Positions 22,601 through 32,655 of a stretch of DNA of 64,000 bases are shown one piece after another. Position numbers and translations under genes: made by a program. The DNA is from Eukaryota sp. GEM-RC1 (taxonomy: Eukaryota): assembly GCA_040285855.1 (NCBI GenBank), contig JAUFOQ010000006.1, forward strand, positions 434,001 to 498,000. The letters are read 5' to 3'. Under the pieces are notes generated by a model. The model saw nothing but the letters and a program-made list of their open reading frames with translations. It had not been told where the DNA came from and did no database searches. Numbering within the stretch: the stretch's first letter is position 1; every line of letters begins with the position of its first letter.

Positions 22601-22867
22601 GAGGTGTCGGTCAAAGCACTCAGCAGGGTCTTTGGAGCTACCCAATCTTATTTCTTTAATTGCATCAATGGCTGTTGTAGTTGATGAGTATTGACTCTTG
22701 TTAATCAATAAACGCCAGATGTTTTGTTCAAGTACCTGACTACTGTTGTTAGTACCAATCAAATCTAACATTTTCCAATCATTCAAAGTTGTTTGATCTA
22801 TGAAATGACTAATGCCAGCTGGATCAATTTCACACAATGCTGTCCTAGCAAGGTCGAATTTGTTCAA
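19659..22867 (-). CDS. Family A gag-pol (CCHC, protease, RT, RNase H); frameshift near 20420
   Basis: ORFs 20387-22867 and 19659-20357; RT motif YIDD. Confidence 0.93.
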
Positions 22868-24812
22868 AGGAGTACCAATCCAGAGGTCATAATCGAAACG
22901 TTCAGTTTGTTTTCTGACATGACATGAATAAACTTGACAACCTCATAACGAGTGTCGTTTTTCAAGAACGGCTCTCTGTCTTTTTTCTTCTTGATCTTCT
23001 TGGGAGGAGTCACACCAGATGAGAGAATAACAGAATCATGAAGGACATTGTCAGGACGTTCATCTTCAGAGGATTGACTAAGATCGATGTGATTTTCAAT
23101 CGATGGAGACAAATCAGGAAACTTGTTTGATTGTCTATCTCTTTCTGCTTTGGTTTTGTTGGCTTCAGCAATCAACTCGTTTCTATGTCGAATTTTCGGT
23201 TCTTCGAGTTCTTTTTTCGACATGACTGTTGATTCTTGGTTCAAATCACGAGTGAAGTTCTCGGTTACACGGTAAACGTTTTCATGTTCTTCACTGGCAA
23301 CAAACCGATCAACGTCTCCAAATTCTCCATCAAACTTTCTAGTTGAGAGAATATCACGTGAACCATTAGTGAAGCGGTCAACAGATTCTGGACGGAAAGG
23401 TTCACCAGGAACGTGAGCAGAAAGGCGAGCAGTTTGACGTAGCTCTTCAGGCTTGGGAAGAAGTGTACCAACTTCTCGTAAAGCACCATGAGCAACAGGA
23501 AGGACCTTTTGAGATCCACCAATGCCACTACTGTTGGACAACCACAGAACCTTCATCAGGAACAGCTAAGGTCGTGTTTGATGCTTCAAAGGTTGACTGT
23601 GGAAGGTTTTCATATCTATGACCAACGGGAAGGTGTCTAGAACTAACAGCGACGTTGTGATACGTCTTGACTTGATTGCTCAAGCTTTGACAATACCACG
23701 CTGAGTAAGCATACGTAACGTATCTACCATCGGCATCGAAACTAGGTTCCAATGGTTCAATCAAGATACCATGACGAGGATCCCATGAGTAATCCGAGGG
23801 ATAACGATACGTATCCCCAGCATCTCCATCATACAAATCACCCAGAAAGCGTTCAATAACTTGAGGGGAAATACCTGGAGGAACGTTCCTCAACAGATAG
23901 TGCCGTCTTTTAGGCATACGGTTGCGGATGACAGGATGCCAAGGAGCGAACTTCGCCAAGTGCCACATGTCGTAATCAGAGATACCAACGCTGTTGTCTT
24001 GTGGACTTACCCAGGGTATGAGTCTATTTGGGATAGCATCCTTATGGAAGTGCTGTTCCTCAATAGACCCAACTAGCTCTTCGACTTTGTTGCCTCGATC
24101 TTCTGGAGAGAGACTCATCTTACGAGCTAGAAGTTCCTTTTCAACAAGAAGCTTCTGTTCTGCTTCGAGTCTTCTAGACTGCTCTTTGGCGAGAGATTCC
24201 TGTAACTTGCGAATCTCTTCAACCACTTCAGTTGACCTCTTTTGAGGAACTGGAACAACATCGGGAATGCTTTCTTTATTAAAACTATTTCTACGAGGGA
24301 AGAATAGGGAGAGGAGACGCTATTACAACAACATCATGACTCTCGGAATGCGGAGTACTGCTACTGTCAGCATCGCTTACTCTATACTTCTCTAACAAGC
24401 TTGGGATACGGTCTGAAATTACAGAGTGAGTATCCAAACCCACTTCGCCATCCTTGTGGGAAGACGAAGTCCTTCCATCCTCAGATGGGCATCCACCTTA
24501 AGGTTGAACATCTACAACTCTACGAGAAGTAGATTCACCAACCTCAGGTGAGATTTCCGTCACCTCCTTGTGGGAAGTGGGGCTTCTATCCTCAGATAGG
24601 CATCCGTCCTCAGACAGGCATCCATCCTCAGATGGGTCACTTTCAAATTCCGACGAGTCAACTGACTCTTCTGTCTCAGGAACCAATGGCTCCTTTCGAC
24701 GGGAAGACACTTTGGAGCTAGACTTAGATCTAGTCAAAGGTTTGTTTCTACGATTAGTTTTGTTTCCCGCTTTTGGGGGGTTAGTAGTCCTTTTCTTCAC
24801 CATCTTGGACAA
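22864..24812 (-). CDS. Family A 5' ORF / Gag N-terminal region, broken into several frames
   Basis: ORFs 24498-24812, 23528-24226 and 22864-23556 lie collinear between the 5' LTR and gag-pol. Confidence 0.6.
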
Positions 24813-24819
24813 TAATTAT

Positions 24820-24910
24820 TGATACCGTTTGGCTACAAAGGGTAGGGAAAAGATGTTTATAAATAAAATAATATGATCTTGTAACACTTCACTAACACCT
24901 GTGGCTAACA
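24820..24910 (-). repeat. 5' LTR of family A (91 bp)
   Basis: Identical to 5432-5522; followed by TSD CACC on the + strand. Confidence 0.95.
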
Positions 24911-26010
24911 CACCGTCAATGCAAAAGGATATACTTATCATGGAAGAAAGTCTACACACTGAACCTGTAAAAGAAGTTGTTTCTGTAGACACCTTAGTCT
25001 CCTTATCTAAAAAAGAACTACATAAACCTCAAAAGAGTGGAATTACTCCTCCATTTAAGAAATCGAATCTATCAGAATTAACAGAAACAGAAGAAATCCC
25101 AACATTTTGTTTAATTGATTTTAAAACCATGATTACTGATGCAAAACGACTCAATCCAAGAATTCTCAAATCACCTAAAACTGTATTGCCTAAAAAAAGT
25201 GTCGACTCTGATGATATTGAAGATGACTCTGAGGAACCAGAGGATGCTGATGTACCTAAAATCAAAGAAGAAGTTGAAGCATCGAGAGCAGAACTGTTTG
25301 CAAATCCTTTGGATAAAGAAGACAAAATAATCTTTATCAGTCTCAAATTTATCTATGCTAATTTCACTTCAACTGTTATTTTTAGTAAAAAGAACATAAA
25401 CAATACTTTTGAAAATGTCGAAATAATTGTTTGTGCTTCAGAAGAAGCCATGATTGGGGAACTTATCCAAGTTTTATGCCAAACAAAACCCAGATTGTTT
25501 ATTGGATATAACACTGATGAACTTTTGTTTCCTTTTTTGATTAAACGGTGTGAACTGTATAAGATTCAGACCAATTTTCATTTAGATAATCCATACAGAC
25601 CCTACGTACCCAACTGGTTTCATAGATGGTGTAAGCTTTGCAATTTTGGACCCTTTGTTTCTCTAGACTTGGCAAATGTTACAAAGTCTACTTATGTGTT
25701 CAAAGGTGGTAGAAGTTTGGAAAATGTTTGTTCAAAATTGTTTCGGAAACATGTACCCAATTTAATTTTGTCGTCATTAGAATTAACTACGTACTTCACA
25801 GAATTTCGAAAAGTACCAGGCATAACCGTTAATAAGGAAATAGAGAAAGAGTTTAACCTACTCGCACACAACAAGCAAACCTTCAAATTGTGGACTGATA
25901 ACGTAAAAGTAATTACTCTGGTTGATGATTTACTTCAACGAATTAACTGTCTAACTGAATTACATGAATATTTCTTTGATGAAGAAACTCAACATGTTCT
26001 AGAGCGCCAT
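24911..26010 (+). pseudogene. Middle part of the Fanzor polyprotein: inactive family-B DNA polymerase 3'-5' exonuclease-like domain
   Basis: FCLIDFKT (ExoI-like), SEEAMIGELIQVLCQTKPRLFIGYNTDELLFPFLIKRC (ExoII-like) and SLDLANVTKSTYVFKGGRSLENVCSKLF. No polymerase palm motifs. Confidence 0.75.
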
Positions 26011-28773
26011 CCAATTAAAGTGGTGAAAAAGGGATTGGAGAAAGTTATTAAAGATCAGGATAATATTGTCTTAATTAAAGGCTGTGTTATCCGAAATCAA
26101 AGAGCAACAGTAAGGGGTTCTAATTTTTGAAACATCTCCATATTTGTGAGTTTGAAACACGTGGATGTGAATTAAATTTGATGAATCCTCATTTTTTCGT
26201 CCATATCTCTTAGAATCTTCTGTTTCGGAATCAAAAGAACGAGATTTAATGTACGAACATGATTTTTTTGAGAAACGACTTCGTGAAATGGAGTTAATGT
26301 ACGAACATGATTTTTTTGAGAAACGACTTCGTGAAATGGAGTTAATGTATGAACATGATTTTGATTCGTATCCATCAGAACTTTCTGATTTGTTGGCATT
26401 AAATGAACGTAAATTAATGAAGAGTCATGATACAATGCCTGATTCTGATGATGCATTTGTTTTCCCCTACACTAAGTTTTCAGTAGTCTTACCAGATTTG
26501 GAAAAAACTGCTTAAACACGATTCTATTAGACAAGTATTGAGACGGATGTATGTGAAGAAATCAACTGGTTCTTCAATTACAGAGTCAGAACTAGAAATG
26601 TCAAGAGCAGAGGCTCAAAAGTGATTGACGATTTCCAAAAATCTTCAAGACTGGAAATGATCGAAAAGAAAAAATTGCATTTCAGTACTTGAACAATTTT
26701 TCTCCACTGTTACAGCAGTTATCTACTGAAATTGGAACAAATCAAATTTCATTTCCTGATTCTACGTCAATGTCTCCCATATTTCATTACACTGCCAAAC
26801 AAATTTCTACAAATTATGCCAACAATATGGTCAAAAATTTTCATGATTATGTTTTCAGATTCTTTAATCTGGTGACAAGAAAAAAGGTCAGACTTGAACA
26901 AATCAATGATCAAGTTGATAAGAAAGAATTGATTTCGAAATTGAATTCAGTCAGAGATTCGATTATTAATGGAAATTTTGATAACATTCCAATTGCAGAT
27001 CACGAGATTTTCCCTTATCCACGTGAAGAACTAACGTTGAGGTTTTTTGCGTATTTAAAATTTTCTTTGTTTCCAATGTTTTCAAAAAGAACATTTACTA
27101 TTTACAGAAAGCAAAGCCGACAGAGTTAATTTCTCATGCTCTGTACATCAACCGAACAATACAATCTTTGTGTTTGGTTGATGGAAAACCAATCAGTGTA
27201 AACAACCCTTTTCCAATGACGAAGACATTGATTCCTCAGCATATTCGTTCAGCAGATGAAATAAGAAAAAAGGTCTTTGATCAGGTCCTTACTGACAAAG
27301 CTGTGGCACCAACAAAATCATTTGTCTTTAGATATTCTTCAATTCTGACAGATGGAATTTCTTGTTGTTTGGTTTTAATGAGAAAAGATTTGGTTGATGA
27401 AGATGGAAATACCTTCAAAGATTTTACTGCTAAATCTCTTGGAACTTCGGAAAGATACATTCACTCTTTATCAAATGAGAATATTCACGAATTACAATTG
27501 AAAGAAAAACGAATTGTCGGTATTGATCCCAATGAATATGATTTAATGTATTGTGTTTCAGAAAAGACAGTCGATGAGCTTAAAGAAGAAGATATTTCTG
27601 AAAATAATCCACTCAAAAAACGATTACCCTCAGAAATCAGGAGTAAGAAAAGAGGAGGAATTAAGAAAAGAAAGAAACAATTGCAAGATTGGAAAAATTC
27701 GAATAATGATGTAAAATCAAAGAAAAAGGCTAAGCACAAATGGAAGAAGTTTAACTACACAGCTGGAGAAAGAGCTTACGATAGAAAATCTAAAAAATAT
27801 CGTAATTCCGAAAATAAGAAACTGAAAGAATTATCTATCGAATCACCAGATGAAACTGTCACTGAAAGACAACTTAAAGATTTTTTGGTTCTTCGTCCTG
27901 ATAATATTCTTGTAACAGGAAGAGATGTCGTTAACCAATTTTCCAATGCTGTATCAAACGGGGAAAGAAAGTCGTGTTTCAGCGACACATTTGAAACATA
28001 TATTAAAGAAGCTGAACGATATAATGTATATTTGAATTCTTTTTACGAAGATGACTGGTTTAGAAAAAGGAAATTCCAAATTTATTCAAATAACCAACGT
28101 TCGGAAAAAAATATGCTGGAACGCTTCAATTTAACATATGGACCTCCAGAAGACGTTGTCATTGGCTATGGGGATTGGAGCTCAAAAGGTAAAACAAGAA
28201 AGGGCAAAACCTCTACTGTTAGAGGAGTGGAAATCCGTAAAATGTTAAGAAGATATGGATACCAAATATTTCTTGTTGATGAATACAGAACAAGCAAGTG
28301 TTGTTCCAAATGTGCTGAGGAAAAATCAACTTTCGTAGAATGTGAAAATGTTTCAGAACTAAAGGTTCTTGGTCCAAAAGGTAAGAGACAGCTAAGAAGG
28401 AAGAAGAGAAAGTTAAGAAGAGAAATTTTGCTTAAAAACAAACAAGATCCTCTAAACCAACGGGATTTTGGAAGCAGAGTGGGAGGTGAAGCAGAAGTCA
28501 TTGGAAGAAGAAGCTAAATCCACACCCTGGGGACTGGTAAGGTGCTCAGATGCTGAGTGTGGTACTTATTGGAATAGAGACCTAAATTCTGCCATTAATA
28601 TCTATTCCATCATTGAAGCAACGATCAATGGTCAAGGTAGGCCATCCGCTCTCGAGAGATCTAAAACTCAAACAACAGATCTCGAGAGTGGTAAGGATAC
28701 TTTGGCGAGAGACCAGAAGAAGAAGAAGACTGCGACCAAAAAGAAGAAAAACTTCAACAGGAAAGACTCGTAA
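26011..28773 (+). pseudogene. Fanzor1 (eukaryotic TnpB-like RNA-guided RuvC nuclease), frameshifted
   Basis: KVVKKGLEKVI..IKGCVIRNQRA..NF; YTAKQISTNYANNMVKNF..RFFN; PFPMTKTLIPQHI; SILTDGISCCL; VGIDPN (D at 27525); FRKRKF..NQRSE; IGYGDWS; LVDEYRTSKCCSKC (E at 28281); LVRCSDAECGTYWNRDLNSAINI (D at 28579); GRPSAL. Confidence 0.92.
26246..26363 (+). repeat. 48-bp coding tandem repeat (LMYEHDFFEKRLREME, about 2.4 copies)
   Basis: Directly visible duplication. Confidence 0.9.
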
Positions 28774-28912
28774 GAAACCAACATGTGGAAATTGTGGCCA
28801 AGAAGGTCATAACAAAACGTCATGCAAGAATCCACCAAAAGAAATGAGTTCGCCTAAAAGAAGAAGCGTAAAGTCAGTCAAGAAGAAGAAGGTCTCTCGT
28901 AAAGAACTTTAG
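28770..28912 (+). CDS. C-terminal CCHC zinc knuckle and basic tail of the Fanzor ORF (frameshifted)
   Basis: RKKPTCGNCGQEGHNKTSCKNP in ORF 28613-28912. Confidence 0.7.
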
Positions 28913-29060
28913 TGTACTTTTAACGGTACACAGCGAAGTGGGCTGAGCTCACTGAGTGTCTGTGGTTTCGATACTCTAATCAAAATGAAAATTAACAAAG
29001 TTGTGTACTTTGGGAATATCCATTTGAGTTGAGAACCACAGTGTTGGAAGCCATGAGAGA
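28912..29060 (+). ncRNA. Candidate Fanzor omegaRNA scaffold
   Basis: Directly after the stop codon: hairpins GTGTAC/GTACAC (28912-28931) and AGTGGGC/GCTCACT (28937-28953), then a long stem CTGTGGTT (28960-28967)/AACCACAG (29034-29041) enclosing CAAAGT/ACTTTG. The position matches known Fanzor/TnpB omegaRNAs. Confidence 0.6.
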
Positions 29061-29089
29061 ATTTAAATCACTGTTTTGTTTTTCAGAAC

Positions 29090-29368
29090 TTTTTTTTTGA
29101 ATTTTTGTCACTTTTATTATAAATGTAATAAATCAAACAACTAAAATTTGATGTCATTAAAACAACACCCGTCGCTATCAAACCTTACAACAGCTTTGTC
29201 CTCGTAAAAGGCACTCATTGCTAATAAAGCTTTGGAGATGATTAGGGGAACTGTTTTAAAAACAGTAAAAACGATCCGATTCAACCATAACATATGATCA
29301 AAACGTTTGTTCATCCTATTTTTTACGATTTTTCCGAAATCGTTTAAAAAATTCATTGCACTTTTCCT
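29090..29368 (-). mobile_element. 3' end fragment of an RLE-type (CRE-like) non-LTR retrotransposon, family R1
   Basis: NFLNDFGKIVKNRMNKRFDHMLWLNRIVFTVFK. Near-identical sequence at ~58545-58800 (+) and a diverged copy at ~54900-55190. T-run at 29090-29098. Confidence 0.7.
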
Positions 29369-29543
29369 AGAGTCAAATTCGCTTTTTTGTTTTTAAGAAC
29401 TCTTAAATTGTGATGTACAGGATTATGTTCTACATCAATGTGCGCTTTCCACACATTGAATCAATATGTATGATTAAATCGGTTGGTTTAGTTAGAGATA
29501 TTTTCGTAAAGAAGAACAAGAATTCAACAACTTCCATCTTGAT

Positions 29544-31494
29544 ATGTTCAGCCTTAATGATATTGTTGGAGCCAATGGCACTATTTCATCTTCTATACTG
29601 AGCATTCCTGAGACAGATCACTATCTTTTTGCTGTTGGTTCGGTGATCGTTGTTCGATCTTACTCCGATCCTTCATACAAACAGTTCCTTCATGGACACG
29701 ATGGTCCTGTTACCTGCTTCTCCATCTCACCTAGTGGCAGATTCCTCGTTTCCGGTCAAGAAGCATCCCCTGGTTTTGTTGCCGATGCCATTGTCTGGAA
29801 TCTTTGCGACTTCTCTCTACTGGAACGTCTTTCTCTACATAAAGTCAAAGTCGAATCAGTCACCTTCTCTACCAACGAACAGTACATTGCAACTATGGGT
29901 GGTCTTGATGACAACTACATTGCTCTCTGGGAGGTCTCCTCTGCCGCTATCACCGCTGTAGCCAGCTCTGCTATCGGTCGTTTCCCTCAGTCTATTGTAA
30001 AGGCCCTGGCATCCTCCGATAACATTACATTCTTGACTGCCGGGAAAGAACAAATGTTGGTATGGAAGTTTGATAGCAAACTACGAAGATTCTCCAACGA
30101 GCCTATTGCCATGGGACACGTACGAAGGAACATAATCTCGCTTGACATTTCAGCTGATGGAGAAACTTGCTTTGCCGGCACATCCACTGGAGATATTCTC
30201 GAAATCTCTATCCCCACAATGAGATTCAAAGGTAAGGGTCCCACAACTCCATTGTCAGGGAGGAGTTAAGAGCATTTGTACACTAAGATTTGATGAGAAG
30301 GCGCTAGTTCTAACAGGAACTGGAGATGGGATTGTAAGTCTGCAACAACGTGTAGCACGAAAGATCACCAAGAAAATTCCCGGCAAACCCGTACCTCCTT
30401 CAATTAGTTTTGCATCGACTGCAGAAGCCACCGTCATTGGTTCTGTCAATGGTATGAGCATTCTCAAGCAAAATGGCGATGTCTCGCAGGTTCTCTTACT
30501 TACAGATAAGAGCAACTGTTATCTTGCCACCATCTCTTATGGCAAGGATCATAAGATTGACACCAAGCTTCTGTTTACTGCCCACCCCACTGCTGTTGTT
30601 GACGGATGCTTTCCCTCAGTCCTCCCTGAGTACGGTATCATCTTTCTAACAGCCGGTGGTGAAGACCTTAGACTGTGGACTAACTTGGAAGAGAAGTCAT
30701 CTTATGGATGTATGTTCAAGGAACGCCTACGTGTTTGTTGCCCTGGTGTCAACGTGTTGGCTTGTTGTCTTTCTCCCAATGGTGATGCTATTCTCTCTGG
30801 TTGGGATGATGGAAACGTGCGTGTGTTTGGTCCTGAGAGTGGTAAACTGATGTTCTCTATCCAGAATGCTCATAAGGCTAGTATCCCTGCTGGTAAACAA
30901 CTTCGTACTGCTGGAGTTTCCAGTATCTGCTGTAACCATGAGTATATTGTTACTGGTGGTATTGATTCTCTAGTAAGAGTTTGGTCCTTCTCATCGAATC
31001 CTGAGCTCGTGATTTCCTTTAAAGAACATCGTTCAGGAATTCAACACTTGAGCATCCATGATTCCTTTGTATTATCCGCCTCAAGCGATGGGTCAATTTC
31101 TGTGTTTGACTTGGATGAAATGAAGAAAGTTGGATCTCTTTCTGCCCCTACATTCTTCCACGCAACTACCATTAATGAAGACTCAACGCAAGGAGTATCT
31201 GTTTCTAGTGACGGTGAAGTCCGTTACTGGGACTTGGTGGCCTTTGAGGAGCTTCGTTCTGTCTCTTTAGGACAGGAAACCACTTCTATTGCATTGAGTG
31301 GAGGTGATATTCTTCTTGCTGTTGGTCATTCGTCAGGCAAGATTACTATTTTGAATTATGAAACAGCAGAAGTTGTTGAGGAGTTGAGTTTGTTGTCTGG
31401 ACAAGTTTCTGCTTTGCATTTCAGTCCTGATTCAAGTAAACTGATGGCGACTTCGACTGATTGTGGAGTTGTTATTTTTAATATTGATTTTTAA
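29544..31494 (+). CDS. CFAP52: Cilia- and flagella-associated protein 52 (WDR16), WD40 repeats; frameshift near 30260
   Basis: QFLHGH..SPSGRFLVSGQ..GFVADAIVW..RLSLHKVKVESVTFS..MGGLDD, ILSGWDDGNVRVFGPESGKLMFSIQNAH and FKEHRS are characteristic of CFAP52. Confidence 0.85.
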
Positions 31495-31617
31495 ATATTG
31501 TACTTTAATAAATTAAATGATTTAAATTGTTATTGTAAACCTGTGTTTATGGATCACTAAAATTGTCTGACAAGTCATTAGCATTGAACTAGATTAATGA
31601 CCTTCCTCGATGTGATC

Positions 31618-31791
31618 CAGTGTTGTGTAATAATAGTAGACGTAAATACGGTACATTTTCAACTTTGCCGTTAATAATTTCCGTATTTTTACTGTTGCCG
31701 TAATTTACGAAAACCGAGTATAGTGCCGTACCGTAATTTACGGTAGTGTGCGGCAAATAGTGTACGGTACGCTATTTTTCGTACATCACTG
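31618..31791. mobile_element. Degenerate hAT-type MITE
   Basis: Termini CAGTGTTGT / ACATCACTG, internal CCGTA/TACGG repeats, imperfect 8-bp TSD ATGTGATC/ATGCGATG. Confidence 0.55.
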
Positions 31792-32655
31792 ATGCGATGT
31801 ACTCTTTGTATTGTCATTTACTAGTAGATGCAGTAGGTTTATCGTTTTTCAGGTTAGTTTTTTAAAATTAAACAATCTTAATAATGATTACTGTTGAAAT
31901 CTTCAAACATAAAACAAGGGGCCGTGTAAACCCCTCATGTATACCCAGAAGAGATGGGAAAGTGCAGAATACAGAATCAATTGATTGGTCTTCCTCTATC
32001 TGACCTTCTATCTGCTTGGCATCAGTACAAGACTAGAGGGTCTCCAAGTTTCAACAAATGCAAGAAGTGGGAAAACGAGTAAACAGTCAACAGCATGTAC
32101 ATGTAGTCATAGTCCGATGATCATGTGATCAGCAACGAGTTCAACACCCCTTTCTGGAGTTTGTTCATCTCAAAAACCCCATTGAGGTAACATCACAAAC
32201 TTGAAAAGGAGAGGGAGATAATTGATGTTCAATTAAAGAACAACAATATAGTGAATCAAAGCACGAAAGGATTGGATCATTGTCAGCGAGACAGTCTTTA
32301 TGAGGGGCTCATAGGATAAGAGTTCTCCTTAGAACCCAACAAGAAGCATCTACAATGTACAATGTAGACGCTTAGATAAGAAGATTCTACTTTTGACTCC
32401 AAACTCTTCGTTAATCATTTCCATCGGCAACTAATGTCCTCGAACAATGGTTCAATTCAATCGACTAGTCTAACCTCCAACATCAATCAGGGATTTCATT
32501 CCTTCTTCGACTTGGTTGTCCGTTCTTCAAAGCCTCACAACACCTTGTCCCAAATAGTGTTGTTTCTGGAGTTCCTACGTATGTCCTGATTCCTCCTGAT
32601 CCCAGAGCTTATAGCCCTAGTCATTAACACCAGTTTTCCCTTCATCCATAAAGAT

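Larger units (their letters stand above)
9843..22850. repeat. ~6.5-kb near-identical tandem duplication (9843-16342 and 16346-22850)
   Basis: Junction ...TGTCCTAGCA|TAA|TATTAACAGAGG... joins family A gag to family B pol. The copies differ by scattered SNPs and small indels. Confidence 0.93.
5432..24910 (-). mobile_element. Ty3/Gypsy (chromovirus-like) LTR retrotransposon family A, containing nested family B and a 6.5-kb duplication
   Basis: Identical 91-bp TG...CA LTRs at 5432-5522 and 24820-24910. 4-bp TSD CACC at 5428-5431 and 24911-24914. Minus-strand domain order gag-CCHC-protease-RT-RNaseH-integrase. Confidence 0.95.

Noticed and set aside
3791..28912. Polinton/Maverick or virophage call (PolB-like, protease and integrase nearby)
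   Set aside because: The integrases belong to LTR elements with their own TSDs. There is no polymerase palm, packaging ATPase, capsid or long TIR, and the protease is Ulp1-like.
31900..32640. Possible decayed retroelement or gene upstream of the TmcB-like gene
   Set aside because: No convincing motif or open frame could be read.
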